Shown: positions 40,801 to 53,934 of the stretch, piece by piece
How the letters are laid out: each line of letters starts with the position of its first letter
Position numbering within the stretch: the first letter of the stretch is position 1
Assembly: GCA_023213395.1 (NCBI GenBank)
Contig: CM041465.1
Location: 91,643,741-91,707,740, forward strand
Direction: 5' to 3'
DNA: 64,000 bases
Source of the DNA: Cycas panzhihuaensis
Taxonomy: Eukaryota > Plantae > Cycadophyta
Program-made: the position numbers and the translations under genes
The notes under the pieces: generated by a model
Seen by the model: the letters and a program-made list of their open reading frames with translations, nothing else
The model's database searches: none
Told to the model about the DNA's origin: nothing

Positions 40801-41710
40801 TAATAGGTTGTGTGTCATGCTAGGTATATAGAAAACATTATTGAGATGATGTAGAGTACTTGAATTTTTCATTAAGATAGGGACATTTCCAATCTTAGTA
40901 ACCTTTAGAGTACAATCATGTCCAAAAGTGATAGATTAATCCTAAATTAGTCTTGTATTAGTAAGAAGTTCTTCTAAACCAATCATGTGTTATGAGGCAC
41001 CTAAATCAATCAACTAGGAAATGTCAAAACGATGAGTTGATAAAGTAATAATGAAAAGATTTTAAGAGTCAGCCATGTGGCCTCCTTAATTCTATCTCTG
41101 GTTGTATTTCCTATTCTAAAGGGTCCTGTGACAAGCATTTTGATTTTATCTCCTCAATTCTTAGTAATTTAGCTAGGTTTGTCTCTGTGATCCTTGATAA
41201 TTTCCATGTGTATGATTTTGATTACCCTATATAGCAAGGTGGTTTTGAAACTGCTATTGATAAAGGCGATCTCTCTTTTTCCTATAATTAGTTGCCATAT
41301 ATCTAGGTTTACCAAAATAGTGATAAACAAATTAAGAATTATAAGGTATCGAGGTTGATATGATTGATATGACTACTGATTTAGTTCTTGATAAGGTTGT
41401 TGATTCAAATTCATTGAACCAAATTGATGTGTCAACTGTGAATGGTGTGGTCTTCCTCTATGTTGGGCTACAAATACTAGTATAGAAGAAGAAGCACCCA
41501 GATTCCCTAAATAGTTTTAAAAACATTCTTCTTAGAGTAGTAGACACTCAAATCTATTAAAATCAATAGTAGTGAATCAATATGTATATGATAAATTGGA
41601 TATAAGGGAGTTATAACTAAGTGGCAAAATATTAATAATGCATGATATAAGGTAACTATCCTTTGGTGGTTGACCCATCACTATTAATTAGTTCCTAATC
41701 ACCTATATCT
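37815..41710 (-). pseudogene. Copia W gag C-terminus, PR, INT, RT, RNase H
   Basis: YGLKQSPRTWY; KEMDSILQNDTWELV; FIDNYSKKVWVYFL; LIDLGAS.HM; KHIEVHHHFIKE. Confidence 0.92.
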
Positions 41711-42843
41711 ATAACAACTTATTTCTTCTAGATTAAGATGATTAATAACTAGTTGATAATGATGGGCCAACCACCAGAGTATAGTGACCTTGTATCTTAC
41801 ATTGTTAATGTTTTTCCACCTAGTTATAACTCCCCCATATCTAATTTGTCACATATAAATCAACTTGATGCTATTGATTTCAACACATTTGAGGGTCTAC
41901 TACTCCAAAAAAATTATATTCTAAACCATTTAGGGAATCTAGGTGCTTTCTCCTCCACACCAACTTTTGCAACCTAACATAGAGAAAGACCACAGTGTCG
42001 ATAATTAACACATCATTTTAGTTTAATGAATTTGAACTAGTAGTCTTATTAGCAACCAAATTAGTAGTTATATTAGTCATGTTAGCCTTGACCACCTTAT
42101 AATCCTTAGGTTATTTATCACTATTATGGCAAACTTAGATATATAACACATGACTATAGGAAAAAGAGAGCTGACCTTTAACAACAACATTTTCAAAACT
42201 ACCCTACTATGTAGGGTAATTAAAATTGTGGACATGGAAATTATCAAGGACCATAGAGATAGAACCAACTAAATTACCAATGACTGAGGAGTCAAAATCA
42301 AAATTCTTCTTAGAGGAACCAATAGAATAGGAATTGAAACTAGAGATAGAATCAAGGAAGCCATATGGCTGACTCTCAAAATCTTTTCTTTGTTGCTTTA
42401 TCAACTCATCATTATAACATGTCTTTATTGATTGATTTAAGTGTCTCACAATATATGATTGGTTTAGAAGAACTCCTTAGTGATACAAGACCAATTTAGG
42501 ATTAATCTATTATTTTTGGAGATGATAGTACTCTAGAGGTTGCCAAGATTGGCAATGTCCCTTCTCATTGAAGAATTTAGATACTCCACATCATCTCAAG
42601 AATGTTTTCTATGTACCTGGTATGACACGCAACCTATTATCAATTAGCCAGATAAATAAACAAAACTTTGATATTTTATTTAGCCATCTTGGAAAATTCT
42701 TAATTACATATTTGAATAACAACCTAATTTCCTTATGATATAAAGATCAAGGACTATATAAGCTTGATGTTATAACCAAACCATTGATCTAATCACATGA
42801 ATTTGACTCTTATAGCAATTTAACTTCCACTTGTAATCCTTCT
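40597..42843. repeat. Long inverted repeat (~1.1 kb arms, spacer under 40 bp)
   Basis: 41740-42843 is a reverse-complement homologue of 40597-41700; gag MMGQPP..SDLVSY is read on both strands. Confidence 0.92.
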
Positions 42844-42865
42844 GCTCTGATACCAAGTGAAAGGG

Positions 42866-43078
42866 CAAATTCATCAAACTCATCAAAGGTAGTTATAGAA
42901 TTAAGATTAGGAGGAATGAGGTTATCATGATCATTAGGATCTTGAATTGGAATTGGCTTAGGAATTTTTCCAAAAACATAAGGCCAAAGTTTAGTTATTA
43001 TCAAAATGTTCTTGACTTGTTTCTTCCAAGCCAAGAAATTATAATGCCAAAAAGTTTAATAGTATTAGTTGTAATCAT
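42866..43078 (-). pseudogene. Copia W gag N-terminus
   Basis: NFLAWKKQVKNILIITKLWPYVFGKIPKP...DEFAL. Confidence 0.8.
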
Positions 43079-45035
43079 TTAAAGTACCATGATGTTTGAT
43101 ATGTGTCTTGTTTATATAAAATGGTAATCTAATATAGTATATATATCTTAGTGTCTCTAATCTTAACAACCCCTAGTATTTGAGATGATTATGTCTGATG
43201 GCATATTTACTCATAAGTGGCAGCTTAAGGATCCAATATAGCTAAAGGTATGTGGGCACTACAAAAGATTCAGTCGCCTCCCTAACATCATTACGCCATC
43301 CTATGCCAAATTTACAACATAAATGATAGTTCCTTATCTAAGGGCATACTTACAACTAAGGTGTTCACCCCCTCCAAGCCTTCCCTGGTCTCCAAACTCA
43401 AAGGTTTTGGGTATAACACCTTAGTCTGCCAATCAATATACCTTATAGCTAATGGGATTATATAATATCTATAGAATTTGAGAAAGACCACTAGCATGTG
43501 TGGGATTCTCTAATTGTTTCCCTTGAAAGTCTAGTAATTAGGTGGTTCTATTAGGTATTATCTTTTTTACTATTTTTTATTAATTTTTAAAAGATTTTAT
43601 GATTAAAGAATTAAATTTTATATTTTAAGCATTAAAAATAGGAAAAAAAAAACTAAAAAAACTTCCAAAAATAGATTAAAAATAGGCCTTAAAAAGCTTA
43701 GAAACGATTAACAAAATGATAAAAAGGTAACTTTAGGTTAGGGACCTTTATCAAATATAGAATATTATCTTAATATATTAATCTGAATAACCTAAAGTTT
43801 CTAAACATTATAAAAAATAAATTAAACAGTGGAAATTTTTAAAAATGGCAACATAGTTTGGATACTAGAAATTGGTTCTCTCTGCAAAAGCTGTAAAATC
43901 TCATTTTATCTTCTCCATTATGAAGATGACTTTACCAAGGTCAAAGTGAGTAGTCTTGTGAAATAGTTTTGGTACTTTAGTAGTGTGTAGGCATCTGTTA
44001 AAGTCAACAACTCTATCCAAATAAACAATTTGAAATAGATCAATTAAATTTGAGTGATAACAATCTCTGTTTGCCTCTCTATATTTACGTTGGATCTACA
44101 ATGATAAATATAATCCATTGGGGCCATGAAGAGACTAAGTATAAAGTAGAAAAGTTGGCAACTAATGATGCAAACAAAGAGAGTGGTGTGAACAAGTGAT
44201 CACAAAGATGCATATTTATGTAGAGATTGATAAGAGGAAAGCCATGTAGATGGAATAAAGAAGAGCACGCAACCACTTCAAAGACCATGAAGGTCCATGC
44301 AAAGATAAAAAAGGAGGGTTGGTTGATCCATGAAGATGAGCATAGAACCAAGTAATAAGGAACCACAGATGCTAGCTACATGGATAACAACATTGAACAG
44401 AAGCCACAAATAGTAGTAATATTGATAGGAGCACTTAATGGGAATCATGCAAAGATGAAAAAATCCATCACCCATACAAACCAAAGGAGTAACCCCAAAT
44501 ACAAACATAGATGGGAGCCACAGATAGTAGTCCCACATATAATCCCTCACACAAAGGTAAATACACATCATCATAGTTAAGAGATGAATGTAGTTGTAAG
44601 ATCCAAAGAGGCAAACAATATTCACACCAAGAATGTAGCCATGGAGGTGACTAGATTTTTTTTTTTTAATTTAATCAAGTTGCATTCAATGATATATATA
44701 TAAAGTATTGATGGTTATTTTATATTTTCCATGAAGGGCAGCTCTTCATTTAGAAGCTTTTTTATTTGATTAACAAATCAAAAATAATAGAGGCATATCA
44801 ACTTTCTCTTGTTTAGCTAACAATGAATGCAATATCTAATAATAGCTACAACATAGGGGAAGACTAAGTAGATAGACTAGAAACTTGGCTCTTATACCGA
44901 GTGAAAGGGGAGAGGTCTGCCTAGTTTCAGCCTAGGTTCAAGACTCATACATACCCACAATGCATCCAATTAATAATCATACTAAGTAATTGAATTCTTC
45001 ACCAATGCTCCAAAATATAACTTGCATTAACATAT

Positions 45036-48000
45036 TGTTGGAATATTAATGCACATTTAATTTGTCCCACATGTAAGTGGGTCCTACTCTTCCATCATGA
45101 CTTGTATTATAAATACACAATATAGTGTATCATATTGAATGTTATTGTAAGAATGTTTTGTTAATACAATGGAGGTACCTTAAGGGTACCGTTTGATCCT
45201 ATGGAGGTGTGTTTGGTTCTTTTTATGAATATCTTATTACAGATTCTATTTTCCAACATGGTATCAGAGTACTCGGGTTGAGAGAGGTGTTTTTGTTTGG
45301 TATTAGAGCAGTGATTTGGGAGGTGCAATAACATTGAAATTTCTAAAAAGTAATGGCGAAATTAAGACAAAATAGCTCGTTCTGTAAAATTTGAGTGGTC
45401 ACACTACAGATTTTGGGGTGAAATTATGAAAATTACAGCAGAATTAATTTCAGCCTGCATTTTTTCCATCGATGTATTTTTAGGACATATCTGTAACCTC
45501 AACTTCAAGGAGCCATAACTTTAGCTACATATATCCAAATGACCTCAAATTTTTTTTTATTCTATGCATTTTTTAATTATATTTCTAATGGAAGTGGTTT
45601 GGAGTTCATCAGAGTTTAGAATAAAAAGTTATTATCAGTTTATTAGAATGTACTATTACAGCCCCTGGAAACCCTAATTGTGAAATTCTTAAAAGGAGCA
45701 TAACTTTTGATCTAGATATTAGAATTCAATTTCATCTAAACCATTGGAATTGTATTTCAAAGGCCATCATTTCAATCTATATTTTATGTATTTTTGAGTT
45801 ATATTTTTTTAGAAATAAGTTTTTAGGAATTTAAGGGTTTCATATTGATATGGTGACATGAATGAGGCAATGGTAATGAGGTGACTGTTTAAGGCTCTCT
45901 TACGTATGTTGTGCATGGGAGAGTATTGTTGCAATATGAGATAATATTAAGTCATGTTGATGTGAATATATTTGGCACTCTATTGGGGATTTGAGATGTA
46001 TGATGGTGATTGTTTAATGGCAATTGAGTGCCTTGTTACATGTCTTTATATGAGAGACCTATTGTGATGATGAATTAGTATGGTGTTGAAGTGATAGTGC
46101 GTGAATGAGTTGGGTGGAATATGGTGATTTAGTTCTCCTTGGAATGGGATTTATGTGAAGGGACTTTATGGGCATGATAAGGCTAATTTGAGGGTAAGAA
46201 AGATAGTGATATGAGGCGATGAGATGCTTGTTGCATGTGAGGTTACATGAAAAGATTGGGTGTTTGTTGGGCATGTTTAAGGATGAGATTAGGCATGGTT
46301 AATGATGTGTTCTAATTGACTGAATGGGCAAAGAAGGATGAGTTGGGTTATTGGGAAGCAAACTTTGTTGAGTGGTGTAGTGGCATGAGTTATTTTTTTA
46401 GGAAATCAAGTGAAGTATGTGTTTTGGTAGCGACATATGACATGTATGATCATCATGAGATTTATGAGGCATTGATTTGGTGAAGTGAGTGTTTGGATTT
46501 TATGTGATTATTTGGCATATGTGATATGTGTAAGGCAATGATGTGATGATGAAGTTAATAATATGAGAGACATGAGACATGAGAAAGTTTGTTGAGATTG
46601 ATGGGTGAATTTGTTGATTAAAAAAGGGACGTGGTGTTAGAAAATGACATTTACAATCATGGAGGATAATGATGTGGTTATATATGCTCCTGAAACAAAT
46701 GAATATTACTTAAGGGATTCATTTCTTCCAGTACCTAAGTGTAATGGTGAAGACTACTTCTTTTGGATAATTAAAATGAGATGTCTATTTATAGCTAGAG
46801 GTTTATGGAAGATTGTTACTAATGAATATGATATCCCTAAGCATGAAGAAGAAAAAGAAATGCTTGAGAAGAAAGATAGAAAAGCACTCATTATGATTCG
46901 ACCTGCATTCAATGAGGTTGATCTTCCTTCCATATTCCATTTTGTCATTCCTATTATTCTACATGCAAGTAATGCTGAAGAAGCTTGGGATTTTCTAAAT
47001 GAAGTATTTGAACAAACCCTTGAAGAGACATAACGAATGATTGAAAAGGAAATTAAGGCTAGTTATGGTTATGGTAGGTGTACAACAAAGGAAGAAAATA
47101 TCATCAACACTAATGAAACAGCATGTCAAGATGAAGAAGGTATGAGTATTGATGACATTTCTATTGAATGTAAAGAAACGATGGTTGAATGCATTGATGA
47201 AACTACAACTACTAATGAAGACATTGAAAGTGATGAGTTAATAAAGGTTTATATAGATGACACCATGATTTCAAGAGAGATTGAATATGAATCTGATGGT
47301 TCTATAAAGGATGAGTCTTATATTGATGATATTTCTACTTTGAGTATTGATTCAAGTTTGAATGATATTTCTTCTTTGAGCATTATTTCAAGTTCAAAAA
47401 GTATGCAAGTTGATCAAGACTCCACTCCTAAGGTTGAAGAAATCACTATTGTACATAGTGTTCAAGAGTTTATACAAGATAATGATAACAGGCAAGTTGT
47501 GATTGAAAATGGTTATTTACAGGATCTACATTAAAATAATACTAGATCAGGTACAATAAAGAATCATAATTTGCACTTGCTAGAGATGCTACATCAACAT
47601 CATCACTACAGGATTGAAGATGAAAATCAAGCTAAGAACATCATCTTACAAAGGCATCAGTACAAAATTGAAGATGAAAATCAAGATGAAGACATCATTC
47701 TATAGCAAAGACATCACTACAAGATCGAAGACAAGGATCAAGTTAAAGACATCATTTTCACGACATTTCCAAGGACAAGGTGTTACAAGTATAAATAACC
47801 CAAATGTGCATTAAGGGGGAGTGTTGGAATATTAATGCATATTTGATTTGTCCCACATGTAAGTGGGTCCTACTCTTCCATCATGACTTGTATTATAAAT
47901 ACATAATATAGTGTATCATATTGAATGTTGTTGTAAGAATATTTTGTTAATACAATGGAGGTACCTTAAGGGTACCGTTTGATCCTATGGAGGTGTGTCT

Positions 48001-48044
48001 GGTTCTGTTTATAAATATCTTATTGCAGGTTCTATTTTCCAACA
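45036..48044 (+). mobile_element. Gag-only non-autonomous LTR element Y (TR-GAG-like); youngest insertion
   Basis: 223-bp LTRs 45036-45258 and 47822-48044 (about 10 differences by eye), PBS TGGTATCAGAG, PPT TAAGGGGGAG, TSD CATAT/CACAT. The empty site is visible in duplicate copy 2 near 61282. Confidence 0.96.
46644..47770 (+). pseudogene. Gag-like ORF of Y with acidic extension and 3 x ~55-bp coding repeats
   Basis: VPKCNGEDYFFWIIKMRCLFIARGLWKIV...AEEAWDFL, a D/E-rich tail, and HHYxIEDxxQxxxII repeats at 47590-47760. Confidence 0.82.
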
Positions 48045-48958
48045 CACATAACATTAAAATACGTCACATGATAAAGATTACATAGAAAAATTCTCGCATA
48101 AAGAATAAAAGAGGCTATTATAATACATATGGAGAATATTAAATGTAAGATCATGCAAGATGATAATTGGAACATTGCATGATTAAACCAACTTTACAAT
48201 AATTAAATATTAAGAGCAAATAAACCCACGTACACTTAGGTTCACAACATTAAGTTATGACTAAACCCTTTTATGATAAAGAAGCCTTTAATACAAACTA
48301 TGTATAAATATTACATCAATATAATACAATGAATCCTTGATGAATTAATGAAGTTTATCATTAATTCTTCTATCATCAAATCTAGGGGTCCCCCACAACT
48401 AGATCTTCCACATCTAAAACACACCACTAAATCCTTTACTTGGTGGTCCCTTCAGTCTCCTTCTCTTTTGATCAATATTGCTTTAGAAAATAAGTTCTAT
48501 AATCTTTGAAAAGTAGTGTATTAAAGCCTCCAAAAATTGGTCCCTCCACACCTACTCTCAAACCAACAATAGTTATTAAAGCACTAACTATAGGCTCCAC
48601 ATATCATTGAACCAATTTGATACCATGTTAGAAAATTTTAATATTGCTTTGATATCATGTAGAAAAATAGAATGAACATACAAACCAATATAAGTAAAGA
48701 GATCATATAGATATGTACAATGAAACTCTAATGGTGGAAGAAGATGCATCCCTTAAGGGTTGCATTAAAAGATAAGTATATCTATAGCTACATTGACCTC
48801 TTTATGGGCTAATCATAATAATGGAGCTACTACATTAACTTATGAGCTATTAGCACAACTCTTAATGTATCCAAACTATTAAGAGTGCTTCAAACATGTG
48901 CATTACTTGGTCAACATGAGGGATAGTTATCACATGAATGAAATATTATATCTTAATA

Positions 48959-50100
48959 TGGAATTCTTAAAAAGTCCATCTAGAGTACACTGAAGGTGGT
49001 AGATAATAGATAACTAGTCAATTTACTTCTATTGATTCTAAATTTTTTATTTTAATAACCAAAGTTTATGCTCCAATCATGTTAGAATTTAAGTTGAAAT
49101 ATTGGGATTCTCTAAAGTACAAAAGATTCATGAAAAGAGGGTCCTTAGATTCTAAGAGGGGACTTTAACATGGTTCTTAACCTGCAAAAGAAAAAGAGAG
49201 AGGATTAAGAGCTTACAGAAAGCTATTGTAATCCTAAGATAAGATCCCCAACCAAGGATTATATATCATTCTTTCAAGGGAAGGCATTTATACTTGAACT
49301 AATAGAAGAGTAAGATGACATCAGATCACTGAGAGACTTAACAGGTTCCTAGTTAATAAGAGGTGGTTTAACATAAATAGTACCAATGAATCTAACATTA
49401 TAGAGGGTAATGACTCAAACTATTGGCCGATTATTCTTAGTATTGTGGAGGATAAATTACCTAGAAATTATTTATTCAAATTTAAGAAAATAGGGTTAAC
49501 TCATTTAGAATTTGGAGATCATATTAGATAGTAGTGGTAAGAAAGAGACCTAGGGGTAAGATTCTTCATGTTTCAACTAGAGTAGAAACTTAAATTTCTT
49601 AAAAATAAAAGTAATAATTAGAACAAATAGGTTTTTGGTGAAATTTTTGAACATAAGAGGATCCTTAATAAAAAAATGGAGCATATCTAAGAGGAAATTT
49701 TGAGGGAAGGGCTCTCATATAAGTTAGCAATATAGGAGAGAAGTCTTCTATCAAGGAAGAAACTCTTTTAGAAGTAAAAGTCAAAGGGTCATCAGTTATA
49801 AGAAAGAGGTAAGAATATAATATTTTTTTCATCAAATTACCTTTAAGAACCATAGGCATAATAGAATTCTTAAACTTAGGAAGAGGGATAATAACTTATA
49901 GATACAACTCTAAAGATTGAGGAAGAGATAAGATCCTTTTTTAGGGAAATGGATACTCAAAATCAAGATTCTAGAGTACATGTTAGTAGAAAAGTTTGTT
50001 TTGTCTTCCCTAGGTTCATATCCAAGGAGCAAAATAGAATTTAGTTCAAGAAGATAACCAAGGAGGAGGTTAAGAGTGGGATCTTTAGTATGCCTTTATT
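48959..50100 (+). pseudogene. L1 ORF2 continuation (endonuclease C-terminus and linker), truncated before RT
   Basis: KVYAP; GDFNMVL; T*TNRR; RLNRFLV; SNYWPIIL. Confidence 0.85.
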
Positions 50101-50414
50101 TCTCATAAATTGAGAAGTTGGCATTTATCTTGACACAGATAAGTCAAATATGCATTTATTACTTTAATTCAATTTGAGTTACAACTCTTGTGAACATGTT
50201 ACTAAAGCTTAATTATTGCCTTGGTGACAGGTGTGTGTGTGTTATCAACCTATAATGATTCTAGCTTTGATCAGTAGTACAAATAAATTATCCACCTCAG
50301 TCTAAAAAATTATAGAGTGGTCCTTTAACAACTCTAAGAGCACTTATAGGCCATTTTCCCTCTTTATTTTGATCACTTTTTCTCCTTTTCTAGCTTACTT
50401 TTTACCGTCTTTTG

Positions 50415-53400
50415 TGTCCAAATATGTATACATACTAACTAATGTAAAGTGGGCCCTATTTATGTGTCTAATATGTAGGAGAATATTCTTGAGAGTGGTG
50501 AGACGACAGATGTAATTGTAAATATATTTAGATACTTGAAATCTATAAATATAGATCAAAGTCCAACCTTTGTACTATGCTAGATTTATAATAATAAAAT
50601 AATATTATTTGTGGGTTTTCACCTGTAAGGGTTTCCCATGATAATCTAATGTCCTGTGTGATCTATTTATGCTTGCGATCTGCCTAACGTGAAAGATCCT
50701 ATCAATCTTGTTTATTTTCTTTTATATTTCCCAACATGGTATCAGATATTATAAGTCATGCAGAAGTAGAGGATCATTATTAGATAGTCCAATCGATGGT
50801 GTTAGTTCATGTTGGCTTGCCCTGACTGGATTAGCATGTATGATGACCCTGTAGAATAGCCATGGAGGTATAGATGATCTTCAGAGCTTTCCAGGAGCTT
50901 TCTGTCATTGTTTGTAGGTATTCTAAGCTCTATGGGCATGTGTGGATGAGCGTGTAAGCCTTATGACTCTATTTCTAGCTATTTGAGCCCTGTTTGAGCC
51001 TATTAAAGGTGTCATATCTTTATTTGATGGTGCCATTGAGTTTGCATGTCTTAGAGACAATTACCAACCCTATGTTGTCTGTGGATGAGTTTAAAACCAT
51101 ATGAGTCTAGTTACAGAGCTATAAATCATGAAATTACATTCAAATATTTAAGGTATGCTTCAATATTTGATGACATGCTTGATATTTAGGGTTTAAATAT
51201 TGATTTTACCATTCGTTTTGATTAAAAACTACTGTGTGAAGTGGCCTAGCCATATTAAATCAATATATCAGCCTATATGCTTGTATTTGTTCACTTAAAT
51301 ACATTATGTTTTATCATATATTTTATATTGATTATTTGAGCCACCTTTTACATAATATATTTTTCATCTATTAGTATATTTATGTTGCTTATTGGATCAT
51401 TGAATGAGTCACCTCTATGTGTGGTGATATATCTATCAACTATGCATAAATATATCTATGGCCTACATGATGATTTATGTCACCCATGATTATATGCATT
51501 ATATAATTGTATTTACAACTATGATTACCTCTACGTGGTAATCTGAGAGCCATCTAATGATGTGAGAGTTGTTTAAAATATATTTTATTAACCTTGTGTC
51601 TAAATTCTCATCGGCTAGCTATAGATTTATTTGATCTCCGTTGCTCACATATTGATATGTATGAAGCTATGTAATATATCTCTACGTTGATTGCCCGTAT
51701 ACTATTGTTTGTCATGCGTATTCATCTATAGCCCCATTGATTTATATCTCTATAGAATATGCATATACGGTCACCTATATATTGCAGTCTGTCATATATA
51801 TTATGGCCCATTTATTTGCAAATAAGTGAAAATATTTATCAGACATTGTTGATATTAAGGCGATTAATATTATTTCATCTTTTGACAAAGTTCAGATAAT
51901 ATATATTATTGGCATTTACTTTTTTGATTTTTTCTCAAAGTTATTTAATTTATAAAGTCACCTTTTTTGCGAAGTTACCCAATGTTACATTAATTAGCCC
52001 TTTAATTGATTATATTTAGCATTTGATATTAATCAATTATATTTGGGGTTTGGTTTAAAGTTGCCTCTTTATCATTGTTATCAATAAAGTACTTTGAAGT
52101 TGCTTTGATATATTTTGGTGCCTTTTGTTTAAGAGATATACAATAGTATATGATATCACAGGATGTTATTTTTTTATCTAATTTAGCATTGTAATGTATA
52201 TATGAGTGTATCCTTTTTAACAAAGTGGTATAAATATTTTATGAGGCTTCATTTTGATATGATAATAAATTAAGATGAAGAGAGTGCATTTAAACACGCT
52301 TCATTAATGTTGTTGTGGCGATGTGAGTGGGTGACTTTGAGTTGATTGCTCATTCTCTTGCATGTGATTACATGAGAGAATTAATAGGCAATATTAGGCA
52401 ATAGTTGAAGCTCTTTGCATGTGGTTAGATAAGAGAGTTATTGAGGCAATGTTATAGTATAAATTTATGGTGAAAAGAGTGTATTAAGCATGCTTAGGTT
52501 ATGGGAAAGAGTAGGTAATATGAGACATGTTTGTTGGCCAAAGTTGGTAACAAGTTATCTCTTTATATATGAGTTACATGAGAGAGGATTAATGGGTTAA
52601 AAAGGCAAGATTGGGTGAGAGATAGGGTGAAGAAGGGTAGGTTTTGCATGAGATACCTTAACTACATATATTACAAACTCTATTACTTTGGTTAGTGTGG
52701 CATCGATCATTGCATAAGTTCATATATATATGGTTTATTCAATGAAATGGTGTGTTTTATTCATGATTACATTCGAGTTCTGTTACATCAAATGTATATA
52801 AGGTGATATCAAGTTCAGAATTTATTTGTATGAGTAGTTGTTAGTTATGATGGATCATTATACTTTGATTAGTTATACTGATGTTAGTATGAAGGTTTAT
52901 AGTAGGTTTGATATTGGTTCAACATGGATCCATATCTGAATAAGTCTAATATGGAACCAAGATAAAGTGTTTGATATATTTAAAGTGTGAATGGAAAGGT
53001 CTAAGATAAGATACCTTAAAATTAGTCATGCCTTTTTCATGGTATATACAATTATCCTATAAGGTTACATTACAGGTGTGTATCATTATGTAGATGGTGA
53101 GGTTGGTGCAAATTAGTGGTTTTCCTCCCATATTTTATTGGCAAAAATTATAGTGGATAGGTATTTTGCACCTTGTTATGATTATTCATGGCATATATTC
53201 CCCTCTTATTATGTGTTTAAACTAGGTCATAAGCCTTCTGTTTGTTTCCCTTTAGTGCATTGGAGTACACACATCTTAGATGAAGATTATAGTAATAGGA
53301 TTGCAAGAGCTTGGAGCCTATGGGTTGTTTTATAAATAGTATGATCTATGCATTGTGATTAGTCTAAATGTTAAGTTGATAAGTTGTTGATGTATCATGC

Positions 53401-53932
53401 TGAGTGTCATCTGATTACAGGTTTTACCCTTCATTGCTTCACTTTTTTGAGGTGTTGTTTAACAGGTGTAAAGGTTTGTTTGCCTAACATTATGCTTGAG
53501 ATAGAAGCAAGACTTAGTGAGAGATTGATGATGAGGAATTATTAGATGAAGAGATACAGATTACAATCCCATGTTCTGTTGATAGTTGAAGACCTACAAG
53601 ATGACTGAAGATCATGGATTAGAATGCTAGTCAAAGCTCATGATAGATACCAACATTTTAGCGAACGATTATTTGCAATGTAGAGTTGTATTGAAGCAAA
53701 GAACTGAGTCAATTTGCAAGTTGGTAAAGCTTGTTACGCAGTATATTAAGCAAGAAGAAGGATTAAGGTATGATGAAACATTTGCACTAGTCTCTTTACT
53801 ATTAGTTTTTTTTATTCTTACTTTAGCAGCTTCAGATAGTTGGGTGTTATATCATATGAATGAGATATTAGCATTCTTTAATAGAGACTTGAAGAGGAGA
53901 TTCAAATGGCTTAAGTAGCTCAACCTCTTGGT
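50415..53932 (+). mobile_element. Decayed Copia element V, 3'-truncated at the duplication junction
   Basis: LTR 50415-50736, PBS TGGTATCAGA, INT/RT remnants (KQEEGLRYDETFA...LYHM...AFFNRDLK...QPLG). Confidence 0.8.
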
Positions 53933-53934
53933 TT

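Larger units (their letters stand above)
37383..48375 (-). mobile_element. Copia element W, copy 1 (rearranged)
   Basis: 3' LTR ~37383-37793, PPT CCCTCCC, minus-strand pol, PBS at ~44888-44900. The 5' LTR 44902-48375 is split by element Y. TSD not confirmed. Confidence 0.85.
30858..48958 (-). mobile_element. Non-autonomous LTR element X (~2 kb own internal sequence), expanded by nested insertions
   Basis: LTRs 30858-31170 and 48626-48958, PPT at 31171-31180, PBS at ~48614-48625, TSD TGGGA/TGGAA. The L1 ORF2 frame resumes at 48959. Confidence 0.85.
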
